Assembly (NCBI GenBank): GCA_963775455.1
Contig: CAVZIU010000002.1
Span: forward strand, 340,729 to 404,728
Source of the DNA: an uncultured Pseudomonadota bacterium
Lineage (GTDB): Bacteria; Pseudomonadota; Gammaproteobacteria; Steroidobacterales; Woeseiaceae
DNA: 64,000 nt
Reading direction: 5' to 3'
The first letter of the stretch is position 1, and every line of letters begins with the position of its first letter. The position numbers and the translations under genes were made by a program. Below, in pieces: positions 1-8,369 of this stretch. The notes below the pieces were generated by a model, which had not been told where the DNA came from, made no database searches, and was given only the letters and a program-made list of their open reading frames with translations.

Positions 1-172
1 GTGTCACCGCCGCCGCAACGGTATTCGTCCGGCCGCCGAAGCCGGTGATCTCGCAGAAGACGTCATACAGGGGCACGAGCAGGAAGCCGAAGCCGAACAT
101 CGCCAACACCCAGACGAGCAAGCGGAGCCCGAGCGAGCGGTTGGAAACCTTGTTGTGCGTGTCTCCGGTCAT
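1..172 (-). CDS. ctaG: cytochrome c oxidase assembly protein CtaG/Cox11, N-terminal part (gene runs off the left edge)
   Basis: Hand translation of the minus strand from ATG at 172 gives MTGDTHNKVSNRSLGLRLLVWVLAMFGFGFLLVPLYDVFCEITGFGGRTN... This is one TM helix followed by the LYxxFCxxTGxGG motif typical of Cox11/CtaG. It lies directly downstream of coxB-coxA. Confidence 0.7.
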   Translation of the reverse strand, partial: MTGDTHNKVSNRSLGLRLLVWVLAMFGFGFLLVPLYDVFCEITGFGGRTNTVAAAVT

Positions 173-173
173 T

Positions 174-290
174 TCAGGACTTGACGACGCCGGACAGGAT
201 GAATCCCAGGTAGAACGCGATCGCGACGACGACCAGGAGCATCGTCATGCGGCGGATCTTGCGCCGGTTTTGCTGGTCGGCGTCAGACAT
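174..290 (-). CDS. small hypothetical membrane protein (38 aa) between coxA and ctaG
   Basis: Hand translation gives MSDADQQNRRKIRRMTMLLVVVAIAFYLGFILSGVVKS. It has a basic N-terminus plus one TM helix and high GC3. Its ATG overlaps the coxA stop (ATGTCTGA), and its stop lies 1 nt before the ctaG ATG. It is too short for the ORF track. Confidence 0.4.
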   Translation of the reverse strand: MSDADQQNRRKIRRMTMLLVVVAIAFYLGFILSGVVKS

Positions 291-1911
291 TCGGGTCCTT
301 CGGGAAGGCAACGGTACGATCGACATGCACCGGCTCGTTGAAAGTGTGGTACGGCGCTGGCGATGGCACCGTCCACTCCAGGCCGCGCGGCGCTTCCCAG
401 ACCTTCGCGGACGCCGGCGCGCCCTTCTTGACGGTCAGGAGCACGTACAGGAATAAGAGTTGCGACAGGCCGAAGCCGATCGCGCCGACGCTGGCGACCA
501 GATTGAAGTCGGCAAATTGCGTCGAGTAGTCCGGGATGCGCCGCGGCATGCCGGCGAGCCCCAGGAAATGCATCGGAAAGAACGTGAGATTGACGAAGAT
601 CGCGGACAGCCAGAAATGCAGCTTGCCCGCCCTCTCGTTGTACATGTGCCCGGTCCACTTCGGCAGCCAGTAATACGCGGCGCCCATCAGTGCGAAGATC
701 GAACCGGGCACCAGCACGTAGTGAAAGTGAGCGACGACGAAATAACTGTCGTGGTACTGGATGTCGGCCGGCACGATGGCCAGCATGAGGCCGGAGAAAC
801 CGCCGATCGTGAACAGGAAGATGAACGCCAGCGCGAACAGCATCGGGGTCTCGAAAGTCAGCGCGCCGCGCCACATCGTCGCCACCCAGTTGAAAACCTT
901 CACGCCGGTGGGCACCGCGATCAGCATGGTCGCGAACATGAAGAACAACTGCGCGGACAGCGGCATGCCGACCGTGAACATGTGGTGCGACCAGACGATG
1001 AAGGACAGGAACGCAATCGACGCCGTGGCGTAGACCATCGAGTCATGCCCGAACAGCGGCTTGCGCGAGAAGGTCGGCAGGATCTCCGAGACCACGCCGA
1101 ATGCCGGCAGGATCATGATATAGACCTCGGGATGCCCGAAGAACCAGAAGATGTGCTGGAACATGACGGGGTCACCGCCGCCGGCCGCGAGGAAGAAGCT
1201 CGTGCCGAAAAACTGGTCGGTGAGGAGCATGGTGACCGCGCCGGCCAGCACCGGCATGACCGCGAGCAACAGGTATGCGGTAATGAGCCAGGTCCAGACG
1301 AACATCGGCATGCGGATCAGTGTCATCTCCGGTGTGCGCATGTTGATGATCGTCACGATGATGTTGATCGAGCCCATGATCGAACTCAGGCCCATCAGGT
1401 GCACCGAGAAGATCAGGAACGGGAAGGCGTCGCCGGTCTGCAGCACGAGCGGCGGATACATGGTCCAGCCTCCGGCAGGTGCGCCGCCGTCCATGAACAG
1501 TGTCGAAAGCAGGATGCCGAACGCCACCGGCAGGATCCAGAACGACCAGTTGTTCATGCGCGGCAGCGCCATGTCGGGCGCACCGACCTGCATCGGGATC
1601 ATCCAGTTGGCGAGCCCGACGAAAGCCGGCATCACTGCGCCGAAGACCATGATCAGCGCGTGCATGGTCGTCATCTGGTTGAAGAACTCGGGGTGCACGA
1701 ACTGCAGGCCGGGAATCGCGAGCTCGGAGCGGATGACCAGGGCCATCGTGCCGCCGATGAAGAACATGACGAGGCTGAAGACCAGGTACATCGTGCCGAT
1801 GTCCTTGTGATTCGTCGTGTACAACCAGCGGCGGATCCCCTTGTCCGGGCCGTGGTGTTCGTGTGCCTCGTGTGTGTCTGCGACAGCAGTGCTCATACCC
1901 TTGAACTCCAT
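283..1911 (-). CDS. ctaD: cytochrome c oxidase subunit I
   Basis: 542-aa ORF with heme-copper oxidase subunit I signatures (WFFGHPEVYI, HHMFTVG, VAHFHYVL) and a multi-TM pattern. Confidence 0.95.
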   Translation of the reverse strand: MEFKGMSTAVADTHEAHEHHGPDKGIRRWLYTTNHKDIGTMYLVFSLVMFFIGGTMALVIRSELAIPGLQFVHPEFFNQMTTMHALIMVFGAVMPAFVGLANWMIPMQVGAPDMALPRMNNWSFWILPVAFGILLSTLFMDGGAPAGGWTMYPPLVLQTGDAFPFLIFSVHLMGLSSIMGSINIIVTIINMRTPEMTLIRMPMFVWTWLITAYLLLAVMPVLAGAVTMLLTDQFFGTSFFLAAGGGDPVMFQHIFWFFGHPEVYIMILPAFGVVSEILPTFSRKPLFGHDSMVYATASIAFLSFIVWSHHMFTVGMPLSAQLFFMFATMLIAVPTGVKVFNWVATMWRGALTFETPMLFALAFIFLFTIGGFSGLMLAIVPADIQYHDSYFVVAHFHYVLVPGSIFALMGAAYYWLPKWTGHMYNERAGKLHFWLSAIFVNLTFFPMHFLGLAGMPRRIPDYSTQFADFNLVASVGAIGFGLSQLLFLYVLLTVKKGAPASAKVWEAPRGLEWTVPSPAPYHTFNEPVHVDRTVAFPKDPNV

Positions 1912-1949
1912 TGCAGGCTGGCGATGCCGGCCCGGGCCAATGCGTTTGC

Positions 1950-2765
1950 TTACTGGTTGCCGGCGAGCGCCTGCATCGCCGCAGTTTTGCCGCCGTTCGC
2001 GGTGATCCAGTCGTCGAAGTCGTCCGCGTCAACGACTTCCACGACGACCGGCATGTAGCCGTGGTCCTTGCCGCAGAGCTCCGCGCATTGCCCGCGGTAG
2101 GTGCCGACAGACTCGGCTTGGAACCAGATCTCGTTGACCATGCCCGGCACGGCGTCTTTCTTGACGGCGAGATCGGGGACCCACCAGGCGTGCAGCACGT
2201 CATTGGAGGTCAGCAGGACCCGGACCTTTGCGTCCACCGGCACGACCAGCGGCCGGTCGACTTCGAGCAGGTAATTCTCCACGCCGAAGGGATCGATGCC
2301 CGAATCCTTCTGCCGGGCCTCGAGGCTCGGCCGCGCCAGCGAGGAATAGAAATCGATATCCTGGTCCTGGTATCGGTAGTGCCAGCGCCACTGGTAACCG
2401 GTCACGACCACCGTGAGATCCGGGTCGCGCGAATCTTCGAGCTTGATCATCGTCCGAGCCGCCGGGATGGCCATCGCGAGCAGGATGAACACCGGGATCG
2501 CGGTCCAGGCCACCTCCGCCGTGGTGCTGTGCGAAAAGCCGGCGGCGACGGCACCCTTCGACTTCCGGTGCGATATCAGCGACACGATCATCGCGCCGAA
2601 CACCAGCACGCCGATGACCGTGCAGACCCAGAAGGCGAGCATGTGGAGGTCGTAGGTTTCGGCGCTGAGTTCCGTCACGCCTTCCGGCATGTTGAGTTCC
2701 CAGTCAGCAGTCGCTGTTGTCGCCCAGACGAGTCCGAGCAAGCTGGTCAAGGATTTTCGAATCAT
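1950..2765 (-). CDS. coxB: cytochrome c oxidase subunit II
   Basis: The ORF carries the CuA site (HAWWVPDL ... CAELCGKDHGYMP). The start is trimmed to the internal ATG at 2765 (MIRKSLTSLLGLV..., signal-like), which fits better than the 2846 start in the ORF track. Confidence 0.9.
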   Translation of the reverse strand: MIRKSLTSLLGLVWATTATADWELNMPEGVTELSAETYDLHMLAFWVCTVIGVLVFGAMIVSLISHRKSKGAVAAGFSHSTTAEVAWTAIPVFILLAMAIPAARTMIKLEDSRDPDLTVVVTGYQWRWHYRYQDQDIDFYSSLARPSLEARQKDSGIDPFGVENYLLEVDRPLVVPVDAKVRVLLTSNDVLHAWWVPDLAVKKDAVPGMVNEIWFQAESVGTYRGQCAELCGKDHGYMPVVVEVVDADDFDDWITANGGKTAAMQALAGNQ

Positions 2766-3052
2766 TGATTGTTCACCCTGCGTGCCCCGCGAGGCTGCCG
2801 CACACTTCTTGTACACCCGTGCCGTCGCTGGCGAATAGTTCCGCAATCACGCGCCGGCGCGAGATCCCGGGGTCATGTCATCGGGTGGCTGGTCTGGATG
2901 TCCGGAAGCACCGGCAGAAAAAGCCCGCGAAGTTTACTGAAAGCTGCCCGGCCATGCAATCCTTGCAGCCGCGCCTGACAGTCAAAAAAATTTGATATTA
3001 CAGAGACTTGGGATCCAGCCCCCGTCTCTGCATCGGGTTTGCGGGCGGTAGT

Positions 3053-3925
3053 TCAGCGACGCTGCCGGCGCAGCGAAATCGACGCAGGATCGATGCGGAC
3101 ATCGGCATCCTGCAGCTTGCCGCCCCCGCTCCAGCAATGCCCGTACACCAGTTCGAGCCCGAGCTCTATCAGCGTGCCCTGCCCGGCCGTCTCGAGCGCC
3201 GCGGTCATCCGGCCGAAACGTGCGCGGCCCGTGAGCGAGCGGCGGCGGCCGGCAAGCGCGTTCCTGGCACCGGTTGCGCTGAGATCGCGAAACAGCGCGG
3301 CACTGCCGGCGTACTCCAGGCGGAGCCGGTCGACGTCGAGTACGGGATCGCGCATGCCGGCGCGGAGCAACAGGTCGCCGAGATCGTGCATGTCGAGGAA
3401 GCGTTGTACATGCGGGCCGTCGTCGACGGCGGCCCAGGCATTGCGCAATTCGTCCAGGCTGTCCGGGCCGAGCGTCGCGAAGACGAACAGACCGTCGGTG
3501 CGGAGCACGCGTGCGATCTCCGCGAAAGCCGGTGCGGGATTGTCGAGGGCCGCGAGCGAGAGGTTCGCGTACACGAGGTCCACGCTGCCGTCGGCGAGCG
3601 GCAAAGCGCGCGGGTCGCAACGAAGGAACTCGGAGCGCGCGCGCCAGCGCCGGCGGTGGCGGAGCGCGGCGCGGAGCATGGCCGTCGACCGGTCGGTGCC
3701 GAGTATTCGTGCGCCGCGGAATCGTTTCTCGAGCGGTGTCAGGTCCGCGCCCGTGCCGCAGCCGAGCACCAGCACCGTCCGGGCCGCCACCGCCATCGGC
3801 TCGATGCGCTCCATGAGGCCACGGCGCGTGACCTCGTGCACAAAGCCGGCTTCTGCGTAGCCCGCGGCAGCCCGCTCGGCCCGCCGCTCGAGATGTGCGG
3901 CGTTGACGGGATACGGTGGCTTCAA
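3053..3925 (-). CDS. bioC: SAM-dependent methyltransferase, BioC-like (malonyl-ACP O-methyltransferase family)
   Basis: It has a VLVLGCGTGAD SAM motif, LPLADGSVDLVYANLSL, RVLRTDGLFVFATLGPDSLDEL and a C-terminal ...LELVYGH, matching the BioC pattern as I remember it. The start is uncertain. I chose the in-frame TTG at 3925 because the ORF-track ATG at 4147 would overlap comF by more than 100 nt. Confidence 0.55.
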   Translation of the reverse strand: MKPPYPVNAAHLERRAERAAAGYAEAGFVHEVTRRGLMERIEPMAVAARTVLVLGCGTGADLTPLEKRFRGARILGTDRSTAMLRAALRHRRRWRARSEFLRCDPRALPLADGSVDLVYANLSLAALDNPAPAFAEIARVLRTDGLFVFATLGPDSLDELRNAWAAVDDGPHVQRFLDMHDLGDLLLRAGMRDPVLDVDRLRLEYAGSAALFRDLSATGARNALAGRRRSLTGRARFGRMTAALETAGQGTLIELGLELVYGHCWSGGGKLQDADVRIDPASISLRRQRR

Positions 3926-4033
3926 TGGCGGGACGTCGGGACCGGCGGGACACGCAACGTTAGCACGCTTTCGCCCGCATAACGGCCGATAAGGGCAGAG
4001 CAGGCGGCGGACCCTGCACGCGAAAATCCGCGC

Positions 4034-4759
4034 ATGCGCCGACTCACCGTCCGTACGCGAATCCGCCGCGCCCTGCGCGCGCTCGAACGCGAACTCCTGC
4101 CCTATCGCTGCGTGTTCTGCGGCGACGAATTGGCTGCAAGGCGGCACCTGTGCGCCGGCTGCGACCGGGACCTCGTACGCAACTCACCGGCCTGCCGCGG
4201 CTGTGCGTTGCCTATCGCGGACGCCGGCCAGCAATACTGCGGCTCCTGCCAGGGCCGGGACCGGCCATTCACCGCCGCAATTGCGTCGCTGGCCTACACC
4301 TTTCCGGTCGACGCGGCGATCCGGCAGTTCAAGTTCCATCGCAAACTCCATTACGTGCCGGCGTTCGGCGAACTCCTGTGCCGCTCGGCAGCGCTGTTGC
4401 CGCCAGGTATCGACGCGATCCAGCCCGTACCCCTGCACCGCTGGCGCCAGTTGCGCCGTGGCTTCAACCAGGCGCGGGAACTGGCGCTGCCGGTTGCGAG
4501 GCACCTGTCCGTGCCGTTGATCGACGGCGTGCGCCGGTGCCGGCACACACCCTACCAGTCGGGACTGGCGGCTGCGGACCGGCGCCGCAACCTGGAAAAC
4601 GCGTTTACCGTACGCGGGCGCATATGTGCCCAACATGTATTGCTGGTCGACGACGTGGTCACCACGGCGACAACCTGCGGGCAGATTGCCGAACTGCTCC
4701 GGCGCCATGGCGTCGGCGAAGTCAGCGTGCTTGCGCTCGCGCGGGCGCGCGCCGACTGA
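4034..4759 (+). CDS. comF: ComF family protein (phosphoribosyltransferase domain)
   Basis: It has N-terminal CxxC...CxxC zinc-finger pairs (CVFCGD, CAGCDR, CRGCAL, CGSCQ) and a C-terminal PRTase motif (VLLVDDVVTTATT). Confidence 0.85.
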   Translation: MRRLTVRTRIRRALRALERELLPYRCVFCGDELAARRHLCAGCDRDLVRNSPACRGCALPIADAGQQYCGSCQGRDRPFTAAIASLAYTFPVDAAIRQFKFHRKLHYVPAFGELLCRSAALLPPGIDAIQPVPLHRWRQLRRGFNQARELALPVARHLSVPLIDGVRRCRHTPYQSGLAAADRRRNLENAFTVRGRICAQHVLLVDDVVTTATTCGQIAELLRRHGVGEVSVLALARARAD

Positions 4760-4768
4760 ACGGTCGCT

Positions 4769-5680
4769 TCAGGAAATCGTCGTTCCGAGCGGTGTGAAGG
4801 TGTAGTCGAGAACGATGCCGATGAAGATGACAAGACCGATGTAGTGGTTGTGGAGAAAGGCTGCGAAACAGCCGGCAGGGTCGCGATGTCGGGCGAGGTA
4901 CAGGTGATATAGCATCAGGCATGCGGCGACGCCGACGGACAGGTAGTACCACAGACCGAGTTCGGCGCCGTCACCTAAGAACAGGAGCGCCGCCAGCATC
5001 AGGAGCTGCAATCCGTTGATCACGACGAGGTCCAGGTCGCCGAACAAAATCGCGGTGGATTTCACGCCGACCTTGCGGTCGTCTTCGCGGTCGACCATCG
5101 CGTAAAAAGTATCGTAGATGACGGCCCATACGAGCGCCGTGACGAACACCAGCCAGCCTATGCGCGGCACATCGCCGGTCTGCGCGGCGAAGGCCATCGG
5201 CACCGCCAGTCCGAACGCGGCGCCGAGCACGAACTGTGGCACCGACACGATGCGCTTGACGTAGGGATAGGCGATCGTCAGGCCTGCGCCGACGACTGCC
5301 AGCAGCTGCGCTGGCCGGTTCAGCATGGCGGCAAGCCCGACCGCGACGAGGCTCAAGGCGGCAAACAGGGTAAGCGCTTCCCCCGCCGCGACGGCGCCAG
5401 ACGCAATCGGCCGGTCGCGCGTGCGTTCGACATACGGGTCGATGTGCCGGTCGACGTAATCGTTCAGAACGCAACCGGCCGAGCGCATCACAAACACGCC
5501 GAGGACGAAGACGACGAACAGCCCGCCGTCGGGGTGCCCGCGGCCCGCGATCCACAATGCCCACAGCGTCGGCCACAGCAGGAGCCAGTAGCCGACGGGC
5601 CGGTCAACGCGCATCAGCCTAGCGTAGTTGTGCAACTGGCTGCGCAGTTGCGGTGGCATCCATTCGGCGATGTCTCTCAT
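4769..5680 (-). CDS. ubiA: 4-hydroxybenzoate octaprenyltransferase
   Basis: UbiA prenyltransferase motifs are present (NDYVDRHIDPYVERTRDRPIASG and YDTFYAMVDREDD), with a multi-TM pattern. Confidence 0.9.
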   Translation of the reverse strand: MRDIAEWMPPQLRSQLHNYARLMRVDRPVGYWLLLWPTLWALWIAGRGHPDGGLFVVFVLGVFVMRSAGCVLNDYVDRHIDPYVERTRDRPIASGAVAAGEALTLFAALSLVAVGLAAMLNRPAQLLAVVGAGLTIAYPYVKRIVSVPQFVLGAAFGLAVPMAFAAQTGDVPRIGWLVFVTALVWAVIYDTFYAMVDREDDRKVGVKSTAILFGDLDLVVINGLQLLMLAALLFLGDGAELGLWYYLSVGVAACLMLYHLYLARHRDPAGCFAAFLHNHYIGLVIFIGIVLDYTFTPLGTTIS

Positions 5681-5793
5681 GCCGCGGAGTGTACGTGACT
5701 GGAACCCGCTGTTGGAACGCTGGTGGCGTGCGCCATGCGCGCGACCGGCCTGGCGCGAAAGGTCGCGCCCGTGGAGCGCTCCGACGTAGCCCC

Positions 5794-7875
5794 CTACACT
5801 TTTCCATAATGCCCGCGGCCGGACAGCCAGCGGTGCACGATTGCCTCGGCATTCTCTGGCGCGTCACCGAGCAGCGTCTCGGCCGCCGACTGCACGCGCG
5901 GCAGCAACGCGGCGTCGCGGGCGATGTCGGCAACGCGGTACTCCGGCAGGCCTGTCTGGCGTGTCCCGAGTAGTTCGCCCGGGCCGCGCAGTTCCAGGTC
6001 GCGCTGGGCAACGAGAAAGCCGTCGTTCGTGTTGCGCAGAACGGCCAGGCGGTTTTTCGCCAACAGCCCCAGCGGCGGCTTGTACAGGAGCACGCAGTGA
6101 CTGCGGGTAGCGCCGCGACCTACCCGTCCACGCAATTGGTGGAGCTGCGAAAGACCCATTCGTTCCGCGTTTTCGATGATCATGAGACTCGCGTTCGGCA
6201 CGTCCACGCCTACTTCGATGACCGTCGTTGCGACCAGCAGCTGGATGACACCTTCCTTGAACGCGTGCATACCCTTGTCCTTGTCGGCAGGCCGCATGCG
6301 GCCGTGCACCAGTCCCACACGGACATCGGGCAGCGCCTCACTGAGCAGGGCGTAACTCGCTTCTGCGGCCTGGAAGTCCAGGACCTCCGACTCCTCGATC
6401 AGCGGGCAGACCCAGTATGCCTGACCGCCGCCCGCACAGACGGAGTGCACGCGCGCAACGACTTCGTCGCGGCGCGTGTCGGGAACGGCAACTGTTTGCA
6501 CCGGCTCCCGTCCCGGCGGCAACTCGTCGATGATCGAGGTGTCAAGATCCGCGTAGGCCGCCATTGCAAGCGTGCGCGGAATCGGGGTCGCAGTCATCAC
6601 GAGCTGGTGTGGCTGTCCGTGCTCGCCGGCACCCTTGCCCCGCAGCGCCATGCGTTGATGCACGCCAAAGCGGTGTTGTTCGTCGATCACGACGAGACCG
6701 AGACGGGCGAAGCGCACGCCTTCCTGGAACAGCGCGTGAGTGCCGACCACGAGTTGCGCCGAGCCCTCCTCGATCCCGTCCAGTGCCACTCGGCGTGCCG
6801 TAGTTCTCTGGCTGCCCGACAGCCAGGCGGGCTCGATGCCCAGCGGGCGGAACCAGTCGCTGAAACTTCGCCAGTGCTGCTCCGCAAGCAACTCGGTCGG
6901 CGCCATGATCGCGGCCTGCACGCCGCTCGCCACCGCGGTGAGGCAGGCAACGGCCGCAACGACCGTCTTGCCGGAACCGACGTCGCCCTGGATGAGCCGC
7001 ATCATCGGATGCGCCTGTCCCATGTCCGACAGGATCTCGGACACCACACGACGCTGTGCGCCGGTAAGCGTGAATGGCAGTCTCGCGAGGAATGCATCGA
7101 CCTCGGCCCTGCCGCCTGCCAGCGGCATCGCGCGTTCCGTTGCCGCGAGCGCTCGCAAGCGGCGCAGACTTAGGTAATGCGCGAGCAGTTCCTCGAATGC
7201 GAGCCGTTGCTGGCACGGATGCACGCCGCTCGCCAGTTGTTCGACGTCCGCATCGGCAGGCGGCTGGTGCAGGTACTCTATCGCTTCCACCAGCGGTGGC
7301 ATGTGGAGCTTGTCGAGCACCGCGCGCGGCAACAGCTCGACGGGCGGCGAGCGCCGCATGTGACGCAATGCCTGGCCAACGAGATTGCGCAGGCGTGCCT
7401 GCCCGACGCCTTCGGTTGCCGGGTAAATGGGGGTCAATGCGTCATTGACGGCCGCATCCTGACCAGCGCGCAGGGCCCGATACTCGGGATGAATCATCTC
7501 GAAGCCCGCAGGGCCCTTGCGGGCTTCCCCATAGCAGATCACCTGTGTTCCCGGCTGGAACTGCTCCTGCTGGCTCCTCGAGAAGTGGAAGAAGCGCAGC
7601 GTCAGCTGGCCGCTTCCATCACCGATCCGGACGAGCAGGCTGCGCCGGCCCCGGAACACGGTCTCGGCGAGCAACACCTCGCCCGTTACAAGGCAACGCT
7701 CCCCCGCACAGAGTTCGCCGAGGCGTATCAGCTGTGTGCGATCCTCGTAACGCACCGGCAGCAGGAACAGGAGGTCCTCGACGCGTGCAAGGCCAAGATT
7801 GCCAAGCTTTTCGGCGAGCGCGGGGCCGACGCCGTTCAGTGTGACCAGTTCGCTCTGCAGGGGATCGACCGACAT
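5794..7875 (-). CDS. recG: ATP-dependent DNA helicase RecG
   Basis: 693 aa with a wedge domain and SF2 helicase motifs (GDVGSGKTVVA, VIDEQHRFGV, QLHQLRGRVGRG). It sits downstream of spoT-ridA, as in other gammaproteobacteria. Confidence 0.95.
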   Translation of the reverse strand: MSVDPLQSELVTLNGVGPALAEKLGNLGLARVEDLLFLLPVRYEDRTQLIRLGELCAGERCLVTGEVLLAETVFRGRRSLLVRIGDGSGQLTLRFFHFSRSQQEQFQPGTQVICYGEARKGPAGFEMIHPEYRALRAGQDAAVNDALTPIYPATEGVGQARLRNLVGQALRHMRRSPPVELLPRAVLDKLHMPPLVEAIEYLHQPPADADVEQLASGVHPCQQRLAFEELLAHYLSLRRLRALAATERAMPLAGGRAEVDAFLARLPFTLTGAQRRVVSEILSDMGQAHPMMRLIQGDVGSGKTVVAAVACLTAVASGVQAAIMAPTELLAEQHWRSFSDWFRPLGIEPAWLSGSQRTTARRVALDGIEEGSAQLVVGTHALFQEGVRFARLGLVVIDEQHRFGVHQRMALRGKGAGEHGQPHQLVMTATPIPRTLAMAAYADLDTSIIDELPPGREPVQTVAVPDTRRDEVVARVHSVCAGGGQAYWVCPLIEESEVLDFQAAEASYALLSEALPDVRVGLVHGRMRPADKDKGMHAFKEGVIQLLVATTVIEVGVDVPNASLMIIENAERMGLSQLHQLRGRVGRGATRSHCVLLYKPPLGLLAKNRLAVLRNTNDGFLVAQRDLELRGPGELLGTRQTGLPEYRVADIARDAALLPRVQSAAETLLGDAPENAEAIVHRWLSGRGHYGKV

Positions 7876-7906
7876 CCGCGCGATTGTATCGTCGCGCAGG
7901 AAATAC

Positions 7907-7959
7907 GGTGACAGTTACCCTAATTCGGAATTGGCCGGCGAATCAGGGTAACTGTCACC
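7907..7959. repeat. palindromic intergenic element (GGTGACAGTTACC family), copy 1
   Basis: GGTGACAGTTACCCTAATTCG (7907-7927) pairs with CGAATCAGGGTAACTGTCACC (7939-7959), with one mismatch. A second copy lies at 56782-56838. This copy sits between ridA and recG. Confidence 0.75.
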
Positions 7960-7971
7960 ATATTTTCCGCG

Positions 7972-8352
7972 CTACAGGGCAAGGATGGCGTCGGCTTCGA
8001 TGTCGACACCCTTCGGCAGAGACGCGACGCCGACGGCTGCTCGCGCCGGGAAGGGTTCCGAGAAATATTCCGCCATCACCGCGTTCACGGTGGCGAAGTT
8101 GCCGAGATCGGTGAGGAACACCGTCAGCTTGACGACCTGGTCCAGGTTGCCGCCGGCCGCCGCGGCCACCGCGGCGAGATTGTCGAATACCTGCCTGGCA
8201 CGCGCCTCGAAATCGCCGTGGACGACGGCCATTGTCACCGGATCGAGCGGGATCTGGCCGGATAGAAAGACGAGCTGGCCGGTTTGCACGGCCTGCGAGT
8301 AAGTGCCGATCGCGGCGGGCGCGTCGTCCGTGTGCAGGGCTTTTTTGCTCAT
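7972..8352 (-). CDS. ridA: RidA family protein (reactive intermediate/imine deaminase)
   Basis: 126 aa of the YjgF/RidA family (APAAIGTYSQAV ... GQIPLDP ... ARAAVGVASLPKGVDIE). Confidence 0.9.
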   Translation of the reverse strand: MSKKALHTDDAPAAIGTYSQAVQTGQLVFLSGQIPLDPVTMAVVHGDFEARARQVFDNLAAVAAAAGGNLDQVVKLTVFLTDLGNFATVNAVMAEYFSEPFPARAAVGVASLPKGVDIEADAILAL

Positions 8353-8369
8353 TCGTGCTCCGTCGGTTG

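Noticed and set aside
460-2058. Long ORFs antisense to, or out of frame with, well-identified genes. Examples are 460-2058(+), 9165-10613(+), 16735-18684(-), 36394-38001(-), 41726-43402(+), 57515-59260(-) and 62333-63553(+).
   Set aside because: They lie opposite or out of frame to strongly recognisable genes (coxA, spoT, gltA, ybbP, ppc, asmA, egtB). Their translations are Arg/Ala/Pro/Gly-rich and low in complexity. Stop-codon-poor alternative frames are expected at about 67% G+C.
3001-3030. The hairpin CAGAGAC-N16-GTCTCTG, considered as the terminator of the bioC-like gene.
   Set aside because: The stem is short, the loop is 16 nt, and the T-run on the minus strand begins about 10 nt after the stem. 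The evidence is too weak to call.
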